Shown here piece by piece: positions 40,263 to 49,661 of a stretch of DNA of 64,000 nt. Numbering within the stretch: the stretch's first letter is position 1; the number at the start of each line of letters is the position of its first letter. The DNA lies in the NCBI GenBank assembly GCA_963702205.1, contig OY969724.1, positions 2,336,001 to 2,400,000 on the forward strand, given 5' to 3'. Both the position numbers and the translations under genes were made by a program. Source of the stretch: an uncultured candidate division Zixibacteria bacterium (lineage in GTDB: Bacteria; Zixibacteria; MSB-5A5; GN15; PGXB01). Below the pieces are notes generated by a model. The model saw only the letters and a program-made list of their open reading frames with translations. It searched no databases and had not been told where the DNA came from.

Positions 40263-40991
40263 ATGATGGCTCGGCGTAAAAAGGCCGATCAAAAGGAGAA
40301 CCTCGATCGGTGGCTGCTCACATACGCCGACCTGATCACGCTGCTTCTGGCCTTCTTTATCGTCATGTATTCCATGTCGCGGGTCGATGCCAAAAAATTC
40401 GGGCAAATGAGTGAAGCTTTGTCCGGTATCCTGCACGGTGGAAAAGTCGCGATCAAAAACGGTAACGACGTCGGCAGTTTCCCCGGCAACGGCGTTCTCG
40501 ATATCGGGCATTTGCAGTCGCTCGGGCATAACGTGCAATCCGCGTTTGAAAAAGTTGGCAAGCAGGACGAAATAAATGTTGAGTTGTCGGAGCGCGGGCT
40601 GGTCATACATATCATGGAGCAGGCACTTTTCAAGGAGGGTTCGGCCGATCTCGAAAGCCGCGCCAAAGAAACGCTCGATCTGGTCGGGACACAGTTGCGC
40701 AACATGGAAAATCATGTGCGCGTTGAGGGTCATACCGACAACAAACCGATCAATACCAAACGGTTTCCGTCGAACTGGGAGCTGTCGTCGGCTCGGGCTA
40801 CGGAAGTCGTCAGGTATTTTGCCAATAATTATGAAATAAGCCCGACCCGACTATCGGCGCTTGGTTATGGTGAGTTCCGGCCGATGGTTCCCAATAATAC
40901 CGCCGAGAACCGGGCCAAAAACCGCCGGGTGGATATTGTCGTCCTGACTATGGAGCTTTCGAGTCAGGAGCCCGGGTCGGACGAATATTGA
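40263..40991 (+). CDS. motB: Flagellar stator protein MotB
   Basis: WLLTYADLITLLLAFFIVMY, EGHTD, NWELSSARA, NRRVDI. Confidence 0.93.
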   Translation: MMARRKKADQKENLDRWLLTYADLITLLLAFFIVMYSMSRVDAKKFGQMSEALSGILHGGKVAIKNGNDVGSFPGNGVLDIGHLQSLGHNVQSAFEKVGKQDEINVELSERGLVIHIMEQALFKEGSADLESRAKETLDLVGTQLRNMENHVRVEGHTDNKPINTKRFPSNWELSSARATEVVRYFANNYEISPTRLSALGYGEFRPMVPNNTAENRAKNRRVDIVVLTMELSSQEPGSDEY

Positions 40992-41000
40992 CCCCCGACC

Positions 41001-41036
41001 GGAAATTCTTTCAATATATTTGTGGAATATAATTCC
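41001..41036. promoter_or_regulatory. Tandem GGAA-N5-TTCC sites, candidate enhancer for the flgB promoter
   Basis: GGAAATTCTTTCA (41001) and GGAATATAATTCC (41024), 23 bp apart. Confidence 0.6.
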
Positions 41037-41110
41037 AGCATTTTCCTTGCTCCATTTTCACGATAATTCATAATCCGTTAATTTGTTTACACTTACGATT
41101 GTCCGACGGT

Positions 41111-41127
41111 TTGGCACGAGGCCTGCA
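41111..41127 (+). promoter_or_regulatory. Sigma54 promoter of the flgB operon
   Basis: TTGGCACG-AGGC-CTGCA, correct -24/-12 spacing. Confidence 0.8.
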
Positions 41128-41149
41128 ATACGCTGGCGCGGGAAAAGAT

Positions 41150-41566
41150 ATGTCGGATGTAATACGAAATACAATAATTGCCAAGAGTGGCATTCCGATG
41201 CTGGAGAAATATCTCGATCTGGCTTCGGTCAAGCACAAGCTGATATCGGGTAATATCGCCAATGTTTCGACACCCGGCTATAAGAGCAAGGACATTGATT
41301 TTCAGGGTGAACTGAAAAAGGCCATCGGCCAAAAAGGCGGTCTTAAGATGACCGTCACCAACCCGAACCATATCAGACCCGGACAGTCCGACGACGGCCC
41401 CAAAATAATGACCGATAATTCCGGTGAATCGAACGGCATCAACAATGTCAATATCGATAAAGAAATGGCTGATCTGGCTCAGAATCAGCTGACGTACACT
41501 CTGGGAGCACGACTGATGGCTCTGAAATTTCAGGGACTCAAGAAAGCTATCAAGGGTGGAGGATAA
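41150..41566 (+). CDS. flgB: Flagellar basal-body rod protein FlgB
   Basis: NIANVSTPGYK..DIDF, NNVNIDKEM..LAQN; start moved downstream of the sigma54 promoter. Confidence 0.92.
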   Translation: MSDVIRNTIIAKSGIPMLEKYLDLASVKHKLISGNIANVSTPGYKSKDIDFQGELKKAIGQKGGLKMTVTNPNHIRPGQSDDGPKIMTDNSGESNGINNVNIDKEMADLAQNQLTYTLGARLMALKFQGLKKAIKGGG

Positions 41567-41573
41567 TTAAGTC

Positions 41574-42068
41574 ATGTCCGGTTTGATAAACTCAATTGAT
41601 GTATCGGCTTCGGGTCTGACGATACAGCGGCGCAAGATGGACGCCGTCGCCCAGAACATCGCCAACGTCGAGACCACCAAGACCGAAGACGGCGGGCCGT
41701 ACCGCCGCAAAAGAATTATGGTCGAAGAGGCCAAAGAAAATGTGCCGTTCAAGACTCTGCTGAATCAGGCTAATACCAAACTGGCCCGGACTAACCCGGC
41801 CCACATGACCGGGTCCACGCGCGGCATGAAAAGCGACGTGGAGATATCGAAGGTCGACGCCGAAGAGGTCCAGGCACCGGCCGACGATTACAAATTGATT
41901 TATGATCCAGATCATCCGGACGCCGACGCCGACGGGTTCGTCAAGATGCCGGATATCGAGCTTATTAATGAAATGGTCGATATGATGACTTCGTCGCGAG
42001 CGTACAAAGCCAACACGACCGCGATACTGGCCGCCAAAGAAATGGCCAAGAATGCAATGGACATATAA
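41574..42068 (+). CDS. flgC: Flagellar basal-body rod protein FlgC
   Basis: SASGL..QR, NIAN..TT, GGPYRRK, YDPDHPDAD..GFV..P, EMVDMM..SRAY. Confidence 0.94.
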   Translation: MSGLINSIDVSASGLTIQRRKMDAVAQNIANVETTKTEDGGPYRRKRIMVEEAKENVPFKTLLNQANTKLARTNPAHMTGSTRGMKSDVEISKVDAEEVQAPADDYKLIYDPDHPDADADGFVKMPDIELINEMVDMMTSSRAYKANTTAILAAKEMAKNAMDI

Positions 42069-42086
42069 TAAACAAAGGTGATAGAT

Positions 42087-42419
42087 ATGAACATCAATTC
42101 AGTAGGAATCAACGCTTATCGTCAGCTTGACGTTGACAATCAGGTGACGCGCCGACAGGACGCCGATCAGGCGGCCCAGTCTCAGCAGACCGCCAAGACT
42201 CCGGTTGAAATCGCCGGGCAGCCTCCCAAAGCCGGTTCGGCCCTCGGTGTAAAAATCAACCGTGGCGCATTCGATGAAATTCTCACGGCCAGGGAAAAAG
42301 AGGCGCTGGAAATGGTTTTCGAAAAATTCCGTTCGGCGGCGGCCAGGACGTCCACCTATGAACGCAACGGCAGCACCGATAAACCTCAACTGGGAACGTT
42401 GGTGGACGTAACCTTATGA
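42087..42419 (+). CDS. Hypothetical protein within the flagellar operon
   Basis: Fills the flgC-fliE gap, AAGGTG RBS, stop overlaps fliE ATG. Confidence 0.75.
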   Translation: MNINSVGINAYRQLDVDNQVTRRQDADQAAQSQQTAKTPVEIAGQPPKAGSALGVKINRGAFDEILTAREKEALEMVFEKFRSAAARTSTYERNGSTDKPQLGTLVDVTL

Positions 42420-42727
42420 GCGGAACCATCGGCAATATCGGCCGGGTTATACCGGGACTTCAGAATCGGGTGCAGTTCAATCCGCCCGAGGTTAAAAGCG
42501 ACAAGGAAGCCAGCTTTACCGACGTCCTGAGTAATATGATTAATTCGGTCAACGATCTTCAGCTCGACGCCGGTAAGGTTCAGGAACTGGCCGCGACCGG
42601 AGAAGCCGCCGATTTGCACGACGTCATGATCGCGCTCGAAAAGGCCGGTGTGAGCATGGACCTGCTTATGGAGATAAGAAACAAGCTGGTCGATGCCTAT
42701 CAGACCCTGGTAAAAATGCCTATGTAA
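42416..42727 (+). CDS. fliE: Flagellar hook-basal body protein FliE
   Basis: SF.DVL, DLHDVMIA.EKA, EIRNKLVDAYQ..KM.M. Confidence 0.93.
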   Translation: MSGTIGNIGRVIPGLQNRVQFNPPEVKSDKEASFTDVLSNMINSVNDLQLDAGKVQELAATGEAADLHDVMIALEKAGVSMDLLMEIRNKLVDAYQTLVKMPM

Positions 42728-42785
42728 ATATATCGCGATAAGACTTCCGCCATTGGACGGGCGGATTTAACATGAGAGAATAGGA

Positions 42786-44348
42786 ATGGAATATTTTAAA
42801 AATCTTTTTGCGAATATCGGGACGTTTGTCAAAGCCATGACGCCGAGTCAGGCGATCATGCTTATTGGCGTTACCGCCGGTATCATTGTCGGCATTTTCG
42901 CCATCAGCAGTTGGGTCGGCACGATCAACTACTCGGTCCTGTATTCCAACCTCGATCCGGCCGACGCCGGTGAAATCACCGGTTACTTAACGGACAACAA
43001 TATCCCGTACAAACTGGCCAACGGCGGTGCCTCAATATCGGTTCCGTCGGATAAGGTTTATGATCTGAGAATTTCGATGGCTTCGGAGGGTATGCCTCGC
43101 TCTGGCAACGTCGGATATTCGATATTCGACCAGTCCAACCTGGGTATGACCGAATTCCTCCAGAATCTCAATTTCCGCCGGGCCCTTGAAGGCGAACTCA
43201 TGCGGACCATAGTGCAATTGTCCGACGTCGATGCCGCCCGCGTGCATATCGTTATGCCCAAAGAGCGGCTGTTCAAGGAAGACAAAAAAGAAGCGACCGC
43301 CTCGGTGGTTCTGAAATTGCGCCGCCCCGGAATACTCTCGGTCTCTCAGATTTCCGGTATCACGCACCTGGTCGCGTCGTCGGTGGAAGGCCTCAAGCCG
43401 GACAACATTACGATTATCGACCAGCGCGGTAATATGCTGTCCTCGGGCACGCCCGCCGATCCACTGGCCGGGTTGACCTCGACACAGTTGGAAGTGCGCA
43501 AAGGTGTCGAAAGTTATCTGGAACGCAAAGCTCAGACTATGCTCGACGGCGTCGTCGGGCCGGGCAAATCGATAGTCCGTGTCACGGCCGATCTTAATTT
43601 CCAGCAGTTGGAAAAGACCAACGAGCTCTATGATCCCAACAATCAGGTCGTGCGCAGCGAGGAAAAAACCGAGCAGACCGCGACGTCATCGGACAAGAAC
43701 GAAAAAGAAACTCAGAGCACCGATGACAACCGCGTCGAAACCACCACGACTAATTATGAAATCAATAAAACGGTCGAGCACATTGTCAATGCCGTCGGCA
43801 ATGTTCAGAGAATTTCGGTGGCGGTGCTTCTGGACTATACTGAAACGCAGGGTGAAGAAGGCGGCGCCGTGTATGAACCACGCTCTCAGGATGAAGTCGA
43901 CCGGCTGACCGCCATTGTCAGGAATGCCGTGGGATTCGACACCGAGCGCAACGATCAAATCGAAGTGGTCAATATGTCATTCGACCATACCGCCCTGGAC
44001 TCCGAAGGCGGATTTGTCGATAATGTAATAGAGAGAGATTTTATTTATGATATGGTGAAAAAGGTCGGGCTGGTACTGGTGGCAATACTCGGCTTCCTGT
44101 ACTTCCGCAAGAAGGCCAAAAAGCTTTTTGCATCACTCGGCAGAATACTCCCGCCTCCCGGCACGGTCAGACCTTCGGCCGAAGTCAATCCGGCTTATGC
44201 CGAGCACCGGATAGAAAGCGAGGAGATCGAGGAAATCATCCCCGAAAAACGGAAACCGAAACTCCTCGACCGGATGCAGAAGACGGCCAACGAGAGCCCC
44301 GAAGAATTCGCCAAGGTCATTAAAACCATGATGGTGGAGTCGCAGTAA
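42786..44348 (+). CDS. fliF: Flagellar M-ring protein FliF
   Basis: Two TM segments, GY.IFD, RALEGEL.RTI, ARVHIVMP, NYEINK, AVGFD.ERND. Confidence 0.94.
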   Translation: MEYFKNLFANIGTFVKAMTPSQAIMLIGVTAGIIVGIFAISSWVGTINYSVLYSNLDPADAGEITGYLTDNNIPYKLANGGASISVPSDKVYDLRISMASEGMPRSGNVGYSIFDQSNLGMTEFLQNLNFRRALEGELMRTIVQLSDVDAARVHIVMPKERLFKEDKKEATASVVLKLRRPGILSVSQISGITHLVASSVEGLKPDNITIIDQRGNMLSSGTPADPLAGLTSTQLEVRKGVESYLERKAQTMLDGVVGPGKSIVRVTADLNFQQLEKTNELYDPNNQVVRSEEKTEQTATSSDKNEKETQSTDDNRVETTTTNYEINKTVEHIVNAVGNVQRISVAVLLDYTETQGEEGGAVYEPRSQDEVDRLTAIVRNAVGFDTERNDQIEVVNMSFDHTALDSEGGFVDNVIERDFIYDMVKKVGLVLVAILGFLYFRKKAKKLFASLGRILPPPGTVRPSAEVNPAYAEHRIESEEIEEIIPEKRKPKLLDRMQKTANESPEEFAKVIKTMMVESQ

Positions 44349-44349
44349 G

Positions 44350-45369
44350 ATGGAAAAAGATAAATTCGACAATATGACATCGAGCAAGAAGGCCGCCATA
44401 GCGCTCGTTGCTTTCGGGGCGGACGTCTCCGCCCAGGTATTGAAAAGCATGTCGGAGCCCGATATGGAAATCCTTACGGTCGAAATGGCCAATCTGGGCG
44501 AGGTGCCACGCGACGTCGAAAAGCGGGTTATCGAAGAATGCTATGAAATATTCATGGCCCGCCAGTATATCTCCCAGGGCGGTGTCGATTTCGCCAAGTC
44601 GGTTCTTGAAAAGGCGGTCGGTACCGACAAAGCCAACCGTATTCTGTCCCGGCTTGAATCGGCCCTGCACAAGACCGGTTTTAACCTGTTGAAAAATATC
44701 GATGCCAAACAGTTGGTCGGTTTCATACAAAACGAACACCCCCAGACGATTGCACTTATACTGACGCAGTTGACGCCTCATCAGGCGGCGGCGGTTCTCA
44801 GTGACCTGCCGTCGGAGCTTCAGTCCGAAGTGGCCCTGCGTATTTCCACGATGGAAAAGATTTCTCCGGAAGTTCTAAAAGAAATCGAAGCCTCTCTCGA
44901 AGGACATTTTGATTCCTCGACCACCGGTGATTTATCCGTTTCCGGCGGAGCCAAGACGATGGCCGAAATCCTCAACCTGATCGAAAGCTCGGCGGAGAAA
45001 AATATTTTACAATCGATCGAGGCCGAAAACGCCGACCTCGCCGCAGAAATCAAAAATATGATGTTCGTCTTCGACGATCTCGTTCTACTCGACGATCGTT
45101 CCATCCAGCGCCTGCTCAAAGAGGTCGAGACCAAAGACCTTTCGATCGCTCTTAAGGCGGCCGCGGACGAAGTCAAAAACAAGATTTTCGCCAATGTATC
45201 CGAGCGTGTCACGGTTATGATAAAAGAAGAAATGGAATTTCTCGGGCCGATGCGTCTATCAGACGTAGAAGCGGCTCAGCAGAGAATAGTCGAGTCGGTC
45301 CGACGCCTCGAAGAAGAAGGCCAGATTGTAGTTTCCGGCCGGGGCGGCAAGGAGGACATTATTGTCTAA
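44350..45369 (+). CDS. fliG: Flagellar motor switch protein FliG
   Basis: KAAI.L, GGVDFA, EHPQTIAL, MFVFDD, GPMRLSDVE.AQ. Confidence 0.95.
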   Translation: MEKDKFDNMTSSKKAAIALVAFGADVSAQVLKSMSEPDMEILTVEMANLGEVPRDVEKRVIEECYEIFMARQYISQGGVDFAKSVLEKAVGTDKANRILSRLESALHKTGFNLLKNIDAKQLVGFIQNEHPQTIALILTQLTPHQAAAVLSDLPSELQSEVALRISTMEKISPEVLKEIEASLEGHFDSSTTGDLSVSGGAKTMAEILNLIESSAEKNILQSIEAENADLAAEIKNMMFVFDDLVLLDDRSIQRLLKEVETKDLSIALKAAADEVKNKIFANVSERVTVMIKEEMEFLGPMRLSDVEAAQQRIVESVRRLEEEGQIVVSGRGGKEDIIV

Positions 45370-46069
45370 ATTGCTCGGCAATCCCAATATGGGGTCCAAA
45401 GTCATTATCGGTGAATATCGTTCCGATATCGAAACCGACCGGCAGATCGAAAAACGACTGCCGTCGGTTTTTATGGACATCAATGTCTTAACCACGACCG
45501 AAGGCAAAAAACTGGTACCGGTGCAGGAACTGCTTAAGATTGAAAAGCAGTTGCAACTCGAAAAAGAAGAAACAAGCGACAAGGCCTATAAAAAGGGTTT
45601 CGAGGAAGGACAAAGCCAGGGGCTTGATGCCGGAAACCGTGAAGCTCAGAAAGTGGTGCAGAACTTCACGACGCTGGTCACCTCGATTGTGGCCCAGCGC
45701 GAAAAAATATATGACGAAGCCAACCGCTCCGTGCTGGAACTGATAATGGCCATCGCGCGTAAGGTTACCTTTAACGCCGTAATGATCGATGAAGAAATCA
45801 CGGCCAAAATCATCAAGGGAACCATCGACGGTTTAATCGATAAAACCCGCATAAAAATCAAAGTAAATCCGCAGCATTTGCCGCTTCTGGAATCACAGCT
45901 GGACCGTTTCAAGGGCGACACCACGGCCATCAAAGAAATCACGATCGAGCCGGACAACCGGGTCAAGTATGGCGGGTGTTTTATCGAAACGCCTTCGGGC
46001 GACATCGACGCCCGGGTGGAATTGCAGATGGAAATAATATCAGATGCCCTCACGCCGGACGAAGAATAA
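45362..46069 (+). CDS. fliH: Flagellar export protein FliH
   Basis: AYKKGFEEG...G repeats, VNP, GGCFIET..G.IDAR. Confidence 0.88.
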   Translation: MSKLLGNPNMGSKVIIGEYRSDIETDRQIEKRLPSVFMDINVLTTTEGKKLVPVQELLKIEKQLQLEKEETSDKAYKKGFEEGQSQGLDAGNREAQKVVQNFTTLVTSIVAQREKIYDEANRSVLELIMAIARKVTFNAVMIDEEITAKIIKGTIDGLIDKTRIKIKVNPQHLPLLESQLDRFKGDTTAIKEITIEPDNRVKYGGCFIETPSGDIDARVELQMEIISDALTPDEE

Positions 46070-46070
46070 A

Positions 46071-47453
46071 ATGAAGCAGCTTCCTTACGATTTGTTCCTC
46101 AGAAGGATCAATTCCGTCCACACCATAAAGCAATCGGGCAAGGTGGTTAAAACGATCGGTCTCGTAGTGGAATCGGAAGGCCCGACCGTATCGATCGGTG
46201 ACCTGTGTACTATCGAAAATCCCGATGGCGAAAAGACGAAGGCCGAAGTGGTCGGCTTTCGTGAAAACAGAATTTTGCTCATGCCTCTTGGTAATATGAC
46301 CGGAATAACCCCCGGCTCGTTCGTGGTTTCGACCGGCGAGCAGCTGCGGGTGCCGGTCGGCGATGAACTGATCGGGCGCGTGCTCGACGGCTTAGGGCAT
46401 CCGCTCGACGGTAAAGGTCCGATTCTCACGGTCAATACCCGGCGCATTGACAGCCAGCCGATTCCGGCCTTCAGCCGTCAACGAATTGCGGAGACGGTCA
46501 GGACCGGAATCAGGATTATCGATATGATGGCCACCTGCGGGCGGGGACAGCGTATGGGTATTTTCGCCGGTTCCGGTGTCGGCAAGTCGGTCATGCTCGG
46601 CATGATCGCGCGCGGCTCCTCGGCCGATGTCAACATCATCGCGCTGGTCGGTGAACGTGGGAGAGAGGTTCGCGAGTTCGTCGAAAAAGATCTTGGTGAA
46701 GAAGGTCTCAAAAGATCTATTGTAGTGGCGGTGACGTCGGATCAACCAGCTTTGATAAGAATCAAAGGAGCCATGGCCGCGACGGCTATCGCCGAGCATT
46801 ATCGGGACCAGGGGAAAAACGTTCTTTTATTGATGGATTCAATCACTCGAATCGCCATCGCTCAGCGAGAAATCGGTCTGGCCGTGGGTGAACCGCCCGC
46901 AACCAAAGGCTATACACCTTCAGTGTTCGCACTTTTGCCGAAAATCCTGGAACGCGCCGGAAATAATGACAAGGGCTCGATTACCGGATTGTACTCGGTG
47001 CTGGTCGAGGGCGACGACGTCAATGAACCGATATCCGACGCCGTGCGCTCGATTCTCGACGGCCACGTGGCCCTGTCGCGCAAACTGGCCGCGCACAATC
47101 AATACCCGGCGGTGGACGTGCTGGATTCCATCAGCCGTCTGATGATCGACGTGGTAGACGGGGAGCAGATGGATCTCGCGGCGCAGGTTCGCGAAATAAT
47201 CGCCACGTACCGCGAATCGGAGGACCTGATCAATATCGGGGCGTACGTCAAAGGTTCATCCGAAAAAATCGATTACGCCATATCGAAAGTCGATCAGATA
47301 AATCAGTTCTTCCGCCAAAAGATTTCGGAAAGGGATGACTTCGAAAAATCAATGGCGGAGTTGAGAGAAATACTGCAACCCGACGGAGAAGAGGGAGATG
47401 GCGAAAAGGTTTCAATTCCGGCTGGAAAAGCTGCTCCAGTTAAGATCGCATGA
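46071..47453 (+). CDS. fliI: Flagellar export ATPase FliI
   Basis: GIFAGSGVGKS, GERGREV, MDSITR, GEPPATKGY, ILDGH, YPAVD. Confidence 0.95.
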   Translation: MKQLPYDLFLRRINSVHTIKQSGKVVKTIGLVVESEGPTVSIGDLCTIENPDGEKTKAEVVGFRENRILLMPLGNMTGITPGSFVVSTGEQLRVPVGDELIGRVLDGLGHPLDGKGPILTVNTRRIDSQPIPAFSRQRIAETVRTGIRIIDMMATCGRGQRMGIFAGSGVGKSVMLGMIARGSSADVNIIALVGERGREVREFVEKDLGEEGLKRSIVVAVTSDQPALIRIKGAMAATAIAEHYRDQGKNVLLLMDSITRIAIAQREIGLAVGEPPATKGYTPSVFALLPKILERAGNNDKGSITGLYSVLVEGDDVNEPISDAVRSILDGHVALSRKLAAHNQYPAVDVLDSISRLMIDVVDGEQMDLAAQVREIIATYRESEDLINIGAYVKGSSEKIDYAISKVDQINQFFRQKISERDDFEKSMAELREILQPDGEEGDGEKVSIPAGKAAPVKIA

Positions 47454-47874
47454 CGAAACTCTTCGCCAGAAGGAGCTGGCGGTATCATTGCGAAAAGTCA
47501 ATTCTCAGCAGGACGTTCTGCATGATATAGACGGTAATTATCGCGCCGGGCAGGACGACAGCCGTATGTACCTGACGGGTAAAATCGACACCAATCACCT
47601 CGTGCGGTACTCGCGCTATTTTCTGAAACTCAAAAAGGACAGGATTTCGAGCCTCGAAGTGCTCAAGGCGTTGGAGCGGGAAAGAGAAAAGCGTCGCCAG
47701 GCGCTGCTCGCGGCGACCCGCCGCCGCCAGATTCTCGAAAAGCTTCGCGACAGAAAAAAAGAAGCCTACACGAAAAGGCTCGAACTGGTGGCTCAAAAAG
47801 AGCAGGACGAAATTGCGTCCAATTATGCCCTCCAAAAAAATAGCTCCCGATTTTTGACACCGGGAGCCGACTGA
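47398..47874 (+). CDS. fliJ: Flagellar export protein FliJ
   Basis: KRFQFRLEKLLQLR, coiled coil, LEKLR, QKEQDE. Confidence 0.88.
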   Translation: MAKRFQFRLEKLLQLRSHDETLRQKELAVSLRKVNSQQDVLHDIDGNYRAGQDDSRMYLTGKIDTNHLVRYSRYFLKLKKDRISSLEVLKALEREREKRRQALLAATRRRQILEKLRDRKKEAYTKRLELVAQKEQDEIASNYALQKNSSRFLTPGAD

Positions 47875-47911
47875 CAATAGACGATACATCACGCTAACGC
47901 GTGCTTTTCTG

Positions 47912-49207
47912 CTATTTCAGCATCATCATCTTTTTGCTGCGATTAAAGTCACCTGCTTTGATTCGATAAAAATATATTCCGGACGCCACGGGATTATGGT
48001 TGTCGTCGTAGCCATCGAAGACGACAGAATGCACCCCGGCGTTCATGTGTTCATCGACGAGCGTTTTTACTTTTTCTCCGAGGATGTTATATACGGTCAG
48101 GTTCACGTCGGCCGCTCTCGGCAGCGCGAATTCGATCCTGGTCGACGGGTTAAACGGGTTCGGGTAATTCTGCGACAGCGCGAATTCCGTCGGCAGCAAG
48201 CCGTTGTCGAAGTCATCATCGACACCGACCGTATTCCTGATTTCGATCTGGCCGGGGTGGAAGTACGGTTCAATGATCATCCCGCCGCCGGTGGAAGGAC
48301 GGTGATATACCGTGTTGAAAACACCGCCGTACGGCACAGAATTGATCAAGACCGTCTGTTCCTGCGCGGCTGCATTTATATCGAAGTACAAGGTGGCCAG
48401 CACTCCCTCGCCGACCGGCATAGGCGTGGCGGAATTGAACTTTATTGATACCAATATCTGACGGTCGGGAATATTGGTCGAAATCGTTTTATTAAGAGCC
48501 GATTCGCAGCGAGTGCCGGTAAAGTCCACCGATGCGAAAGTTATATCATCCGATGTATATTCAAGAGCCAGGGCGATGGAATCGACCTCGCCTTCATTGT
48601 AACCGTACACATTGACAGCCACCCCGTTGCCGGGTTTTCCTACCACGGCATCGGCGTAAATCGAATCGAGGGTCGCCGGTGCATCGAGTACGCGGATATT
48701 TCCCGGGACGATCTGCGGGTGAACGGGAAATCCCGAAATCGATGAGAAAATGGTTTTGCGGTCAAAGCCACCGGCGAGTTCCCAGAAGGCGGTATCGACC
48801 GGCAGATCGTGATTGGAAGCATTGTTCTTGACGGAGAAAAACAGATTAAAGCCGAGACCGTCTCCCGGCGGGAAAGGATTTAGATAATCATAGAAAAACA
48901 GGTCGACCAGATTGGCGCTGTCGTTAAAAATCACTCTTTGGGTATCGGATTCAGGAATAAAATCGAATCTCCCGCCGCTGAAATTGAAGGAGTCAGGCAC
49001 GAGAAATGTAGAATCGAATTTCAATGTTACTTCGACCGCCGATACGGAATCGACGTTCGTTACAAAAATCGGCAATATGGCAGTGCGACCGGCATAGGCT
49101 TCGACTGAGTCTACTTTGACAGAATCGTTCAGACCAGAAAAATCGGCCGAGACGTTTATGGCCAGTCCAAGGATCATGCTTATCAGAATGAATAATCTCA
49201 ATTTCAT
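47912..49207 (-). CDS. Secreted tandem cohesin-like protein with C-terminal FlgD-Ig/T9SS-like sorting domain
   Basis: Signal peptide; two cohesin-like repeats; FALSQNYPNPFNPST...ASGIYFYRI...KKMMMLK. Confidence 0.8.
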   Translation of the reverse strand: MKLRLFILISMILGLAINVSADFSGLNDSVKVDSVEAYAGRTAILPIFVTNVDSVSAVEVTLKFDSTFLVPDSFNFSGGRFDFIPESDTQRVIFNDSANLVDLFFYDYLNPFPPGDGLGFNLFFSVKNNASNHDLPVDTAFWELAGGFDRKTIFSSISGFPVHPQIVPGNIRVLDAPATLDSIYADAVVGKPGNGVAVNVYGYNEGEVDSIALALEYTSDDITFASVDFTGTRCESALNKTISTNIPDRQILVSIKFNSATPMPVGEGVLATLYFDINAAAQEQTVLINSVPYGGVFNTVYHRPSTGGGMIIEPYFHPGQIEIRNTVGVDDDFDNGLLPTEFALSQNYPNPFNPSTRIEFALPRAADVNLTVYNILGEKVKTLVDEHMNAGVHSVVFDGYDDNHNPVASGIYFYRIKAGDFNRSKKMMMLK

Positions 49208-49485
49208 TTGAACTCCTCTCATATCGCCGCAGCTATATCACGCAAACACAATGCGAAATCCCGGAAATTTTTATCAAATTCGGCATTTTTGCCCAAGTCG
49301 ATGTAATATCGCAGGTTGAAGAAGTAATTCTCATATCAAATATAAGAGAATCGTCTGTTGGTGACAAGCAGATTTGCGCCAATCCGCCAAAAATTATGCA
49401 AGCCGTTGCATTTTCTGCGTTTGGCGGATTTTTACATTTTAACGAAATTAACAGCCAATTCACATATCGAATCCGACAAAAATCC

Positions 49486-49521
49486 GGAAACGGGTTATTA
49501 ATCAGAGCGGAAATATTTTCC
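49486..49521. promoter_or_regulatory. Tandem GGAA-N5-TTCC-type sites, candidate enhancer for the flgF promoter
   Basis: Half-site GGAAACGGGTTAT (49486) and GGAAATATTTTCC (49509), 23 bp apart. Confidence 0.55.
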
Positions 49522-49619
49522 AAAATAATCTCAGATCATTAGAGCATCAATGCCAAATAAAACGCATAACTGATTGTCTCGCTATTGAATATGTCGTTGG
49601 CAGTGCTTCCCGATAATTG

Positions 49620-49635
49620 TGGCACAGGGACTGCT
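49620..49635 (+). promoter_or_regulatory. Sigma54 promoter of the flgF operon
   Basis: TGGCACA-GGGA-CTGCT. Confidence 0.75.
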
Positions 49636-49661
49636 TTATGAATTGTCGGAGAAATAGCATT

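Noticed and set aside
40263..40400. Sodium-driven stator
   Set aside because: The MotB TM segment has FIVMY (Val), the pattern associated with proton-type stators
47398..47453. 56-nt fliI/fliJ overlap as a frameshift
   Set aside because: Both genes are complete and fliJ has its own RBS; a C-terminal read-on of FliI is enough to explain it
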